64,000 bases of DNA from a virus (lineage: Duplodnaviria; Caudoviricetes). Position 1 is the stretch's first letter. Every line of letters begins with the position of its first letter. This document shows positions 43,565-53,882 of the stretch, in pieces. The stretch lies in the IMG/VR virus record IMGVR_UViG_3300024259_001623. One strand, 5' to 3'. The notes below the pieces were generated by a model. The model saw nothing but the letters and a program-made list of their open reading frames with translations. It searched no databases and had not been told where the DNA came from. A program made the position numbers and the translations under genes.

Positions 43565-44971
43565 TTATGTGACCACCCTATATTTTCTATTATCAAAAAT
43601 TCTCTTATCAGAAGCAAAAATCTTTTTTGCAGCAGGATTAGAGAACTGTGTAGATAAATTGCTATTATTCATTATTTTATTATTCACATATATATAATTA
43701 TCGTTTACCCTGCACCTTTCTATTAAATCTTCATCATGATATATATGTTTATACTGATCAGAAAAAACATATTTATTTTTATTATATGTTCTTCTTCCTA
43801 TACCAATACATTTATCAAAAAAGACTCCATGTTTACTACTCTTAAACTGGATAACTCCTTTTAAATCTGGAAAATGTTTAACAAAACTATTAACAATTAC
43901 TTCATCATAACCCTTTTTTGAAGGAGACATTTTATTATGAGTAGGTATTAATATGTCGAAATCTCTAGTTATATTTGAATTAAATGCATCAGTCTTACTA
44001 GCAAAAGTACCTCGTATTATCTTTATATTTTTAACATAAGAAACATTTTTAATATTAATATTTCTTGATACTCTTCTGTTTTCTATTATCAAATCTATCA
44101 GTATATTATAATTACCAGAAGACAATGATACAAATGGCTTTACGAATTTTTCTATTCTATCTTCTTGTTTCCAAAAATCGATATATATTCTAAATAATAA
44201 AGAAAACTTTTTCTCTTCTATCTTTTTACGAACTGATTTTATAGTTTCTTTTCTGATAGCATTTTCTTTTTGTACTTTTTCTGCATAATTAGATATAGAA
44301 TCTAATGGGAAACCCATTAATACACGTTGTTTAAAAATATTACGATCTTGCTTAAAAAACTTTTCATTTTTTAAATATAAATCATCTGGTTTATATTTTA
44401 TGTTCTTTTCTGGCCCTTTCCAATCATGTTTAAAAATAATCTTATCTATATAGACTGACTTCTTCATCCTTTCAGAAACTCTCTGGAATTCCTCATCACA
44501 ATAAAAACTTGTATAATCTGGATGATAAATATATCCAAATCTATCGTAGTATTTTCTCCCCATTATAGGGAAACTATTTAACTTTATACCCATTCTTCCA
44601 TCATTAAAATGAAGAACCCCATCAGTGTCAGTGAAATACTTTTTCATATTTTTTATAATTACTTCATCATAACCTTTTATTTTGGGAGTCATATCATCAG
44701 AAGCTAAGAGCAATATATCAAAATCAACATTTCCCAGATCACAATTGATAGCTTCAATCTTACTTTTAGAATTTCCATAAAAATATTTTAGATTTTTTTT
44801 ATCTAACATCTTACGTATTTCAAGGTTATTCATAGAACGATCATCAGAATCCATAGATATAATAAATTCCACTTCATTCTTACCAGATAATAAATTCCTA
44901 TATTGACTAAGAATTTTTCTAAATAGTTTCGGTCTTTGTCTAGTTGGAAATTTTATCAAAATCTTCTTCAT
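43565..44971 (-). CDS. Two-domain GT2-like glycosyltransferase (second domain degenerate)
   Basis: N-terminal domain is a close paralog of 42896..43564; the C-terminal domain keeps KTDAFN..DFDILI and F.DLKGVIQF but lacks SDDM. Confidence 0.75.
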   Translation of the reverse strand: MKKILIKFPTRQRPKLFRKILSQYRNLLSGKNEVEFIISMDSDDRSMNNLEIRKMLDKKNLKYFYGNSKSKIEAINCDLGNVDFDILLLASDDMTPKIKGYDEVIIKNMKKYFTDTDGVLHFNDGRMGIKLNSFPIMGRKYYDRFGYIYHPDYTSFYCDEEFQRVSERMKKSVYIDKIIFKHDWKGPEKNIKYKPDDLYLKNEKFFKQDRNIFKQRVLMGFPLDSISNYAEKVQKENAIRKETIKSVRKKIEEKKFSLLFRIYIDFWKQEDRIEKFVKPFVSLSSGNYNILIDLIIENRRVSRNINIKNVSYVKNIKIIRGTFASKTDAFNSNITRDFDILIPTHNKMSPSKKGYDEVIVNSFVKHFPDLKGVIQFKSSKHGVFFDKCIGIGRRTYNKNKYVFSDQYKHIYHDEDLIERCRVNDNYIYVNNKIMNNSNLSTQFSNPAAKKIFASDKRIFDNRKYRVVT

Positions 44972-45864
44972 GATATTATCTCTATTGCTTTATTTACTAT
45001 TATATCGGGTTTTATGTCCCTACATCGCCATCCACATTGCTTCTTATTGTATAACCAAAAGTCAGGTGCTTTCTTCTGGCATGGAGAGCAAGACATTTTC
45101 TTTCTTATTATACTAGTAAATTTATGGAATCTCTGATCATAATTCTTTCCAGGGTTTGTCATAGTATAAATTGCTATGTTATTTTTACATAAAATATTAG
45201 CAATATGATAGGTGCTAGTATCATTAGATATTAATAATTTAGAACCTTTGATAACGCCCATAGAATCCCTCAGATTAAGACCTGTGAGATTAAGGGTTCC
45301 TGGCACATATTCGTCTTTTGATCCAATAGAACCGACTGAGAACCCTCTGGATAGTAGTTTACGGCATAACTCTTTATATCTAGAATAACTCTTACACTCC
45401 CATCTTCTCCTAGCAGCAGAAGAGACTTTGCTATAACCATTATGTACGATAATATCTGGAACATCTATACTTGTCTGCACATGGGAATAAAGATCCTCAT
45501 CAATAGAGAAATCCTCATTTGTATAGCCTGTATCTACAATAGATAAATTATATTCAATTTCAGATACTTTTGTAATATTCTTACAGTGCCTAGAGTTTAG
45601 TATTTTTACATGTTTTAGTGGTTTATCCCATCCACGAGATGTAATAAATTGCCCTGCATAAATAGGTTTATTTATTGGCTCTCCTCTAATAACTATTTCG
45701 TCTGCTATATGCTCAAATAGTATCTTAGTGGGTTTTTTAGTTGTAGGCATAGTGTTATAGACTGTTACAAAATATCCATATTTCTTTTTCAAATATACCA
45801 ATGCAGGGATTGTCTGCACTTGATTTCCTATACCATCTCCTACAATAAATATAATTTTCTTCAT
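44968..45864 (-). CDS. GT9-family glycosyltransferase
   Basis: DGIGNQVQTIPAL, NLTGLNL, ISNDTSTYHIA, CSPCQ. Confidence 0.82.
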   Translation of the reverse strand: MKKIIFIVGDGIGNQVQTIPALVYLKKKYGYFVTVYNTMPTTKKPTKILFEHIADEIVIRGEPINKPIYAGQFITSRGWDKPLKHVKILNSRHCKNITKVSEIEYNLSIVDTGYTNEDFSIDEDLYSHVQTSIDVPDIIVHNGYSKVSSAARRRWECKSYSRYKELCRKLLSRGFSVGSIGSKDEYVPGTLNLTGLNLRDSMGVIKGSKLLISNDTSTYHIANILCKNNIAIYTMTNPGKNYDQRFHKFTSIIRKKMSCSPCQKKAPDFWLYNKKQCGWRCRDIKPDIIVNKAIEIIS

Positions 45865-45866
45865 TC

Positions 45867-47651
45867 TTAACCATGTATGTTGTCATACTCTTTAATAGCT
45901 CTAATGACTCTATCAACGTCTTCTGGATAGTCTACTGCAATAGAAGAATCTGAAACCTCAACCATTTCTATATCATAGCCTAACTCTATAAATCTTAAAA
46001 TCTCTATATCTTCTATAGACTCCAATACAGTTTTTTGCTTACTATTTCCAAAATCAATTAGAGCTTTCTTAGGAAAAGCATAAATACATACTTGCTTCAT
46101 GGCCTTTTTGAATTCTGACTTCTTCGTAGTAGGAATCGGTGCCCTGCTCATAAGTATCATCTCGTTATTTTCCTTAGTGACAACTTTTATAATAGATGGA
46201 TTCCTAAAATCTTCTTCTTTAAAGATTTGGCACATCCCACAATGTACTTTTTCTGGCGATGCGATATGTTTTTCAATCACATTAGTAATATCATCTGGAG
46301 ATATCAGTGGCTCATCCCCCTGGACATTGACAATCAAATCTGCATTTAAATTAAGAGAAGCCTCATAAACCCTGTCTGTGCCTGTCATACATTTATCAGT
46401 TGTCATAATCACCTGTATGCCACGTTCCTCACAGTGATTCTTTATAACCTCATCTTCTGTAGCTACAAACACATTTTCTTTTGGAAGAGCCAAGCAACAT
46501 CTTTCCCAAACTCTCTGTATTAAACTTTTCCCATTTAAATCTACTAAAGACTTCCCAGGAAATCTAGAACTTTTATATCTAGCAGGTATAACTATTTTGA
46601 TATCCATGTCGTAATTTTCCTTTTTATTGCTAAAACCATCCATCATAGCAACACTTAATATATCACCATTGTATTTATTGGAGTTTTCGCTCTTAGATAG
46701 ATTATTAACGCATTTAACTCTTTGAGAATTATTATAACTAACAGAACTCATTATCTCTTGTATATATGTTGGATGTATATCATTCATTGCTGCAATATAA
46801 TATAAAAGACTAGTTCCCCACCCGTATTTCTTCTTCAACTCTTCAAAATCACCCATTACAAGACCAAATATCTCATCTGTTTGATATTTTAAACCCCAGC
46901 CATTATTAAGCTCTATCAAAAAACTTTCAGTGTTAGCATTTCCTGATCCTCTGCCCATTCCCAACATCGTGCCATCTAACCATTCGACACCCAACTCAGA
47001 AGCAGCATAAATTGTATTATCTAAAGCTCTTCCTTTATTATTATGAGCATGTATTCCCAAATCTTTATCCCAGTTGTCTCTTAATATGGCACATATCCTA
47101 TCTAGTTCTTCTTCATCCATAGACCCAAAAGAATCTGCCATATAAAGAACATCAACAGATTCCCAGCTAGATATCATTTTAACCGCATCAGCTATATACG
47201 TTGAATCTTTGCCAGAAATTTGCATGATATTGAATGTAGGCATATAGCCCAACTGCTTCAACTCTTTACAAATAGGTTCACATTGTTCAATTTGATCTAA
47301 ATATGCGCAAATCCTAACAATATCTATAACAGAATCTTCTTTTGGGACAAACAAATCATTTACACATTTTTTTGCCCCTCCCTCATATGTTATGAAATCT
47401 TTTGCATTTATCATGACAGCTTTAGAGCAAGAAGGCAGATTAAGAGTTCTCAAAAAATCTTCTTTACAATAAGCAAACGGTCCTAATTGTTTATCTTTAG
47501 GAGTATACCTGAATCCGATTTCAATAACATCAATCTTAGATTTTTCTATAGCTGCAAAATATTTATTAGCTAAATCAATATCGAAATCCCAGTTATTGTA
47601 GTATCCACCATCTCTGAATGTACAATCCAAAACTTTTATTTTACTTGCCAT
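45867..47651 (-). CDS. kdsB: Fusion: HMGL-like/DmpG-like aldolase + CMP-Kdo synthetase (KdsB-like cytidylyltransferase)
   Basis: VLDCTFRDGGY, HAHNN and GMGRGSGN, then VIPARYKSSRFPGK, TGTDR, NVQGDEP, LESIEDIEILR. Start re-placed to MASKIK (47651, AAGGAG RBS). Confidence 0.85.
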   Translation of the reverse strand: MASKIKVLDCTFRDGGYYNNWDFDIDLANKYFAAIEKSKIDVIEIGFRYTPKDKQLGPFAYCKEDFLRTLNLPSCSKAVMINAKDFITYEGGAKKCVNDLFVPKEDSVIDIVRICAYLDQIEQCEPICKELKQLGYMPTFNIMQISGKDSTYIADAVKMISSWESVDVLYMADSFGSMDEEELDRICAILRDNWDKDLGIHAHNNKGRALDNTIYAASELGVEWLDGTMLGMGRGSGNANTESFLIELNNGWGLKYQTDEIFGLVMGDFEELKKKYGWGTSLLYYIAAMNDIHPTYIQEIMSSVSYNNSQRVKCVNNLSKSENSNKYNGDILSVAMMDGFSNKKENYDMDIKIVIPARYKSSRFPGKSLVDLNGKSLIQRVWERCCLALPKENVFVATEDEVIKNHCEERGIQVIMTTDKCMTGTDRVYEASLNLNADLIVNVQGDEPLISPDDITNVIEKHIASPEKVHCGMCQIFKEEDFRNPSIIKVVTKENNEMILMSRAPIPTTKKSEFKKAMKQVCIYAFPKKALIDFGNSKQKTVLESIEDIEILRFIELGYDIEMVEVSDSSIAVDYPEDVDRVIRAIKEYDNIHG

Positions 47652-48012
47652 TCTTGTCTCCTTTTTCAACATCTTTCAGTAACTTTTGATTTGACTTATA
47701 CACTTCAAGCAATCTAGCCCTTTCCTTTCTCTTCTTGGTATTTTTTTTGATAGTTGACTCATCCATCTTATCAAATAATTTATCTGTATCGAACTTATAT
47801 TCTATCAGCTTATTATTCATCTTCATTCCCATAATAAAAGCTTCTTCCACCAAAGCAACTATTCTTCTACATAGATCTTCATCTTTCTCCAACAATTCTG
47901 TTATACATAGATCATATATCTCTCTATTAACTTCGCAAATAGTTCTTTTTTGATTAGATACTCTTAAACCCTTTTTAGAATTTAATATACTATCTTTTAA
48001 ATCCTTTTTCAT
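47641..48012 (-). CDS. Hypothetical protein
   Basis: 123 aa, overlapping both neighbours. Confidence 0.6.
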   Translation of the reverse strand: MKKDLKDSILNSKKGLRVSNQKRTICEVNREIYDLCITELLEKDEDLCRRIVALVEEAFIMGMKMNNKLIEYKFDTDKLFDKMDESTIKKNTKKRKERARLLEVYKSNQKLLKDVEKGDKNGK

Positions 48013-48671
48013 AACATTTCCTTATAGAAATCCTTGAATACAGTAGGTGTAATAATATTGAAATTTATTCCGTAAAACCATAGATAAGTCAAAGTATTTA
48101 AAACAATATCATCTTTCTTTTTACATTCAGAAAAATTATTTTTATCCGTTAATCCTGACCCATATAAATGCTGACCATTCATATCATCTTTGTTATTAAA
48201 ATAATAAGTATATCCATCCATTCCAACTATATATATATTCTTGCATCCTAATAAATGGGCTATCATAATAGATAAACATCCAGCAGTTCTATAATATCCT
48301 CTTATAACTCCATTCTTAAAACTCATTTGTTCTTTTTCATTATCAGTATATTTTATAAGAACATAATCATTAGAATATTTTCTTCTTATCTTCTCTGGTA
48401 TATTCCGACCGAACATGACTTTAGATTCTTTATGGATATTATCTCCGAAATCTAATAATCTTTGTCTATTAGTCCAAACATGATAGTCTGGTACAATAAA
48501 AGAAGTCATATTATTAATGCCAAATGTTATATCTATTTTATCTTCTATGAATGCTTCTATCTTATCTTTATGACTATTAATAGAAGCCCCTGCTCCTACT
48601 ATCAATGCATTTTTCCCTTTTTCCGTATTTAATATTTTTTGTATAGTTTTCATATTAAAATTTATATCCAA
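48009..48671 (-). CDS. DUF115/MptE-like (Maf-related) domain protein
   Basis: LIVGAGASI, FGINN, PDYHV, TAGCLSIMIAHLLGCKNIYIVGMDG. Confidence 0.7.
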   Translation of the reverse strand: MDINFNMKTIQKILNTEKGKNALIVGAGASINSHKDKIEAFIEDKIDITFGINNMTSFIVPDYHVWTNRQRLLDFGDNIHKESKVMFGRNIPEKIRRKYSNDYVLIKYTDNEKEQMSFKNGVIRGYYRTAGCLSIMIAHLLGCKNIYIVGMDGYTYYFNNKDDMNGQHLYGSGLTDKNNFSECKKKDDIVLNTLTYLWFYGINFNIITPTVFKDFYKEML

Positions 48672-49248
48672 ATAATTCTATATCTTTTTTAACGGCCTTG
48701 TATACCATATCTTTTGTCTTTTTATTATAATATTTTTTATAATTTTTATGTTTGCTTGAATTCATAACTGGCAATTTCTCTTCTATATTAAGCATCGAAC
48801 ATAATTTAGAAAAATCATCATTTAAATCTTCATATCTTCCTATAAAATCTACTATTATATTATCTTTTTTATCTAAAATAAAATCAGACTGCAATTTAGC
48901 TCTTTTTGTTATATGAATTATAAATTCTTCAAAATTCATATTTCTATACATCTTATGTCTTACCTCGTTCAACTTTTTGAAATCGTTACTAGTTCTGTAC
49001 CATGTGTAAAAAGACACAAAACGATCCCAAGGATTTCTTACAAAACAAAATTTGAAATACTTATCAAAATTATCTATTGTTTTTGCGAGTTCTGTAGAAT
49101 TTTTATGTTTACCACCAGGTACAATCATTAATCCTTCTGGTAAAACTTTTACCTCCTGATCTGAATATTTCCTCAAAGCAGTAGATATACTTGTTCCCCC
49201 TGTTCTAGGAATGTGAACAAAAATAGAATTTATTTTTTTAAAAATCAT
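48655..49248 (-). CDS. Sulfotransferase (family 2)
   Basis: FVHIPRTGGTSI, FVRNPWDRFVS, DFIGRYEDL. Confidence 0.9.
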   Translation of the reverse strand: MIFKKINSIFVHIPRTGGTSISTALRKYSDQEVKVLPEGLMIVPGGKHKNSTELAKTIDNFDKYFKFCFVRNPWDRFVSFYTWYRTSNDFKKLNEVRHKMYRNMNFEEFIIHITKRAKLQSDFILDKKDNIIVDFIGRYEDLNDDFSKLCSMLNIEEKLPVMNSSKHKNYKKYYNKKTKDMVYKAVKKDIELFGYKF

Positions 49249-49754
49249 ACTATATCAGTTCTAACTAATTGAGAATTAACAGTATCTAACCCTAACATAT
49301 AACAACATGATGTTCTATGATGCCCCTCGTATATCTCATAACCATCGTTATATTTATTTTCGACAACTGGCTTATTTATTAAAACTATTTCTCCTATAAA
49401 ACCTCTCTTTTTTATGTCTTCATATAAATTGAAAAACGTTTTAATTTTATTAATCGTCCATTTATGATTTTTTCCATATAGCTTATGCATTCTATAATAC
49501 ATGCTTTTTTTGATATTATCAAAAACCTTTTCTTTATTATCTATATAATTACGTAACAAATCACAATGTGGTGATTCACTTATATTTAGAATTTCATTAT
49601 AGTTGCATCCTTTCCTTACAACTTCTCTATATAGTTTGAATCTATCATAATTATACTGGCAATGTATTTTGTCTATTTCTACTGGCAAAATTTCTATATT
49701 AACTAGTTTTACATTTTCTCGCAAAAATTTAGAAAATGGTTTTCTTTTTTTCAT
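49245..49754 (-). CDS. ParB/Srx-like domain protein
   Basis: DIKKRGF...YEIYEGHHR. Confidence 0.55.
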   Translation of the reverse strand: MKKRKPFSKFLRENVKLVNIEILPVEIDKIHCQYNYDRFKLYREVVRKGCNYNEILNISESPHCDLLRNYIDNKEKVFDNIKKSMYYRMHKLYGKNHKWTINKIKTFFNLYEDIKKRGFIGEIVLINKPVVENKYNDGYEIYEGHHRTSCCYMLGLDTVNSQLVRTDIV

Positions 49755-50590
49755 TTCACAACCTCGGAAATTGCATATTTATATAATTCAATATCGTATT
49801 TATTTAATTCATTCAATAAAGCAACGACCTCTTTATCTTCCCAATCAAACTGTTCTTTTTTAGAGCTTTTTCTAACAACAACGTTTTTCTTAGGAGCTTT
49901 AAAACCATAGAATTTACATAATCTTACATGATCTTCATAAGAATTTTCCTGCAATCCCACAAAATCAAATTTATGTTTTAGATTTATTTTGGCCTCGTCA
50001 AGCATTGTATTATAATATTTGTCAGATGTTTTTTTATTTCTTCCTGACCAACCATAAATTTGAAAATAACCAAAATCTTTATTTCCATAATTTTTATTTT
50101 TATTCATTTCTTTTAATTCGTCATATGATATTTTTTTATCACCACATTTCCATTTTTCCCATTCTCGCCATTCTAATATATTATTAACTGACTCCATACC
50201 ATAAATTTGTTTAACCATGATATTAGAAGAAACTTCATTTCTTATACACCACTCAAGAAAACGTTTCAGATCATTCCCATTTTTCTCAAATAGATAATAA
50301 CCTATAGACTTATCTCTATCCAATCCATGATAAAATTGAGACTTCCATCTTTGAATAGGATCTCTTAAAAAAGTGAAATAAGAAAACTTTCTCAAATTCA
50401 TCTTCTTATGTATGCCATATGGAACATGACCAGATAAAATATTTTTTTCACGATATTTATCAAAACTTTTATACCATATACGATCATCATTTTTATACCG
50501 TATACGACAATTTTTTTGAGATTTTAGTATCTTATTTATACTACTGCCAGAAGTTTTTTGTATATGTACGAAAAAAATCATCATTTCCAT
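49751..50590 (-). CDS. Sulfotransferase (family 2)
   Basis: FVHIQKTSGSSI, GHVPYG, FLRDPIQRWKS, FVGLQE, NKYDIELY. Confidence 0.85.
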   Translation of the reverse strand: MEMMIFFVHIQKTSGSSINKILKSQKNCRIRYKNDDRIWYKSFDKYREKNILSGHVPYGIHKKMNLRKFSYFTFLRDPIQRWKSQFYHGLDRDKSIGYYLFEKNGNDLKRFLEWCIRNEVSSNIMVKQIYGMESVNNILEWREWEKWKCGDKKISYDELKEMNKNKNYGNKDFGYFQIYGWSGRNKKTSDKYYNTMLDEAKINLKHKFDFVGLQENSYEDHVRLCKFYGFKAPKKNVVVRKSSKKEQFDWEDKEVVALLNELNKYDIELYKYAISEVVK

Positions 50591-51231
50591 GTTCCTATTA
50601 ATGTTAAAAAATTACCATTTCTATGATAATCTTTTGTACACGATTTACCATAAGTTCTATCAAACGAAACCTTACCTTTTTTAACTCGTTTAGAAATAAA
50701 TTTCTTTTCTATTTTACCATACTTTCCTATTAATCCCATCAATTTATGTATGTTAAAAGCAGTAGAGAAAAACTGTCTACGCTCCCTATATTGAGACTTT
50801 AAACTACCACCATGCATCAACCATTTAAACATATTGAAATAAAATCGCTTACCGACTCTGGCGAATTCCACTATAGAGCTTTCTATATCTGGTGAATGTT
50901 CCAAAACAGAACTTGCATAAACAAGATCAAATTGCTTATCTTCAAACGGAAGATCGACCATATCTGCCTTAAAACCTTCTACGCCATCAGTTTCATCAAC
51001 GAATTCCAAGAAAAAATCAGAGATATTTGCTGTGCAATATCTAAGCTTTTTCTTTTTCAATATAGCTTTAGCTTCTGAAAGTTCGCTGCCACCGACCTCT
51101 AATATACTATTGAAATCATTTTTCAAAACATAGTTAACATAGTATTTTCTACAATTATGCCCTCTATTACCGTCTATCCAATTAACCTTGCCTTTTTCGT
51201 AAGAATTCCATTTATCTTTATACTCTTTCAT
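50581..51231 (-). CDS. Class I SAM-dependent methyltransferase
   Basis: ILEVGG, ADMVDLPFEDKQFDLVYASSVLEH. Confidence 0.8.
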   Translation of the reverse strand: MKEYKDKWNSYEKGKVNWIDGNRGHNCRKYYVNYVLKNDFNSILEVGGSELSEAKAILKKKKLRYCTANISDFFLEFVDETDGVEGFKADMVDLPFEDKQFDLVYASSVLEHSPDIESSIVEFARVGKRFYFNMFKWLMHGGSLKSQYRERRQFFSTAFNIHKLMGLIGKYGKIEKKFISKRVKKGKVSFDRTYGKSCTKDYHRNGNFLTLIGTWK

Positions 51232-51232
51232 C

Positions 51233-51853
51233 TTATTCCCTTATACTATTTATAAACTCATTCATAGCGACAGTTATATTACAATCTTTATCATGTTCCA
51301 AAACCCATCTATATAACTTTGTTTCAGTCGATAAAATATCTTTAATCAAACTTCTATGATGTCTCTTACCCATTCCTATTTTTTTATGATGCCAAGCAGC
51401 ATATAAATTATTAATATATTTTATAGAATTATTATTAACCATTTTTCTAAGAACTGGATATTCTGCTCCTTCTATATTCATTTTCAATAAGATATAGTCA
51501 TCTATATCAAAATTATCTGTTATCCATTTACTTAGATCGACACATGGAACTCTTACTGGATGACCCACATCTATATTACCTGTTTTCTTTTCTTTGATTA
51601 AAGAACTTGATTCAGAAAAGCCTACTCCACCAAGATAAAATTCTATGTGATCATCATTAACCCAAACGGCCTTATTAATAATAGTCATATTATCAGCGTC
51701 ATATTCTTTCTTCAATTTTTCTATATTTTCAAGTAATTTTTCATTGCACTCAAATACATACATCTCATATTCTTTCCATCCAGGAATATTATCCATAAAG
51801 AACTTTACCGACAAACCATTCCAAGCCCCGCAATCTATAAAAATCTTTCTCAT
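51233..51853 (-). CDS. FkbM-family methyltransferase
   Basis: FIDCGAWNG, FEC, AVW, SSSL, LKMNIEGAEY. Confidence 0.85.
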   Translation of the reverse strand: MRKIFIDCGAWNGLSVKFFMDNIPGWKEYEMYVFECNEKLLENIEKLKKEYDADNMTIINKAVWVNDDHIEFYLGGVGFSESSSLIKEKKTGNIDVGHPVRVPCVDLSKWITDNFDIDDYILLKMNIEGAEYPVLRKMVNNNSIKYINNLYAAWHHKKIGMGKRHHRSLIKDILSTETKLYRWVLEHDKDCNITVAMNEFINSIRE

Positions 51854-51854
51854 A

Positions 51855-52490
51855 CTATCTCCTGAATCGTTTATATGTTTTTTTGAAAGGCATATGAAAT
51901 AAATCTAATTCATTCTTCCATAAAACATAAGGGAAACCTATTTGATCCCTATCACTACCATCAACTAATTCCTGAAACCATTTTTCCATAAATCTAGTTT
52001 GATTCTCTATGCCATGCTTTCTTATTATAATACCACCAGCAGTAAGCCCTTGCTGTCTTGGCATACCAGCTTTTTTATATCTCGCAATCTGTTTTTTGAT
52101 ATTTTCTTTTTCGCCGATGCCCTTTTTCAAACAATATTCAGCTTCATCATATAAACAAGTCCTCGATGGATGACTCATCATAGTAATATTGTGATCTTTA
52201 GACTGTCTAGACACAAATTTATCTAAATCACAAGATATACTAAATTTAGAATCTATGTATATAGATAAATCACAATCTTTTAAAAAATAATCATTAAGTA
52301 TTTTAGGTTTTCTAGATAACTTCCTATCTGATAAATTATCTTCATTTTCTACTATTCTTATATCCCAACTATCAGACTTCATATTAACGTTATCAGTAAA
52401 ACATACATGATCCCAGTTCGGGTTGTCCACCTTTGGTTCATATAATTTATAATCACCTATTATAACAGTGTAAACAACTTTATTCATCAT
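51855..52490 (-). CDS. DUF616 / TOD1-MUCI70-like glycosyltransferase
   Basis: VYTVIIGDY, CFTD, SIYID, HPSRTCLYDEA, RDQIGF. Confidence 0.8.
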   Translation of the reverse strand: MMNKVVYTVIIGDYKLYEPKVDNPNWDHVCFTDNVNMKSDSWDIRIVENEDNLSDRKLSRKPKILNDYFLKDCDLSIYIDSKFSISCDLDKFVSRQSKDHNITMMSHPSRTCLYDEAEYCLKKGIGEKENIKKQIARYKKAGMPRQQGLTAGGIIIRKHGIENQTRFMEKWFQELVDGSDRDQIGFPYVLWKNELDLFHMPFKKTYKRFRR

Positions 52491-53040
52491 TCATCCAATC
52501 TAATTGCTTTTTAGTTTTTCTAATTACAGAAACTCCGTAATAAAATGGCAACGTAACAACCTCGACTTCATCTAGCATATTATCCTTGATCCATTGTGCA
52601 GTCTTATAAGTATCTCCACAATAACTATATGAGACTAGTTCTTCACATGTTGGATATGTATCATGTATCAAAATAATTCCATTATCTTTTAATAATGGCA
52701 AAGACAATTGAAAATCTTCTAAACTTGATTCATGCTTATGATCAGCATCTATAAAAATTAAATCGAACTTCTCGCCTTCATAAGAAGTCAAAAAGTCCTT
52801 TGTAGCCCCATGAAACCAAACTAAATTCTTATTATCCTTAATAGGCTTGTACCATCTTTTGTCTATATCTACAGCATAAGCCGTTTTAGCGAACCTAGCA
52901 ACTTCATTAAAATTACGTCCATTTCTGATTCCTAATTCCAAATAATTATCTAACTTTTTCGCCTCATTTAATCCTCTGGCAACCATTTTTATAATTCTAG
53001 TATGGTGACCTTTTGCGAAAGGCATTTTATCTCTATCCAT
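52480..53040 (-). CDS. Class I SAM methyltransferase (Methyltransf_24-like)
   Basis: YLELGIRNG, DLIFIDADH, GIILIHD. Confidence 0.85.
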   Translation of the reverse strand: MDRDKMPFAKGHHTRIIKMVARGLNEAKKLDNYLELGIRNGRNFNEVARFAKTAYAVDIDKRWYKPIKDNKNLVWFHGATKDFLTSYEGEKFDLIFIDADHKHESSLEDFQLSLPLLKDNGIILIHDTYPTCEELVSYSYCGDTYKTAQWIKDNMLDEVEVVTLPFYYGVSVIRKTKKQLDWMNDE

Positions 53041-53882
53041 TATGCATTATCCTCTATATATAACTCGATTCTATCTTTCCATGTTCTACCCCAATCACTC
53101 TTATATAAATTATGGCTTCTACATGCTTGCTTATGAGTTCCAAACAACTTATCATCATAATGCCATTCCGCCATATGAGTTGGCTTAGTGAGGCAGAACT
53201 TCTTTTGTTTTTTACTTCTGAAAGGCAATTTTATACCCTTTTCATTAACTCTCACACATTTTATTCCTTCTCCCTCATATCCTTTTGATCTAATCTGTAA
53301 AGGCAACTGCCAACCTGTATCACATTTGATCTGGTAACCTACTGGTCTATTAAAATACATTGCATTTTGTCTATCTCTAATCACTGATCTGCATACTGAT
53401 TCTTTATTCTTTTCTACTTTTGGTCTAAAATCAAGCTCAACATCCTTCAACATATCTTTTCTTAAACAAAAGAAAAATACAATTGGAAAATCTTTATATC
53501 GAGGACCGTCATCATGATAAGAAAAACCAAAACATCCTAATCCAGAATCTAGTTTATCTATCACTAATTTATCCCAGTCTTGATAAAGAATGGCTATATC
53601 AGCATCAGCAATAATAGCATAATCACTTTGTATATGGTTCAAAGATTCATTCAACAACATAGAATGATTCAAAGAACTATGATGTATATCATTTTCTACA
53701 GTTTTTACATGCTCATAGCCTTTAGGAAGTCTTTCATCATCATTAGATTTAAGACACTTCCAATTTATTTTTGTGTCATCGCTCTTAAATATATTGCAGG
53801 TTTTTTGTAAAAACTCCGCATAGTCAGAAGAATTTTTAGATACAAATGTAATAAAATCTATTTCTTTCATTTTGTCACCCAT
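53040..53882 (-). CDS. GT-A-like glycosyltransferase
   Basis: HSMLLNESL, IIADADI (DxD), DTGW. Confidence 0.6.
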   Translation of the reverse strand: MGDKMKEIDFITFVSKNSSDYAEFLQKTCNIFKSDDTKINWKCLKSNDDERLPKGYEHVKTVENDIHHSSLNHSMLLNESLNHIQSDYAIIADADIAILYQDWDKLVIDKLDSGLGCFGFSYHDDGPRYKDFPIVFFFCLRKDMLKDVELDFRPKVEKNKESVCRSVIRDRQNAMYFNRPVGYQIKCDTGWQLPLQIRSKGYEGEGIKCVRVNEKGIKLPFRSKKQKKFCLTKPTHMAEWHYDDKLFGTHKQACRSHNLYKSDWGRTWKDRIELYIEDNA

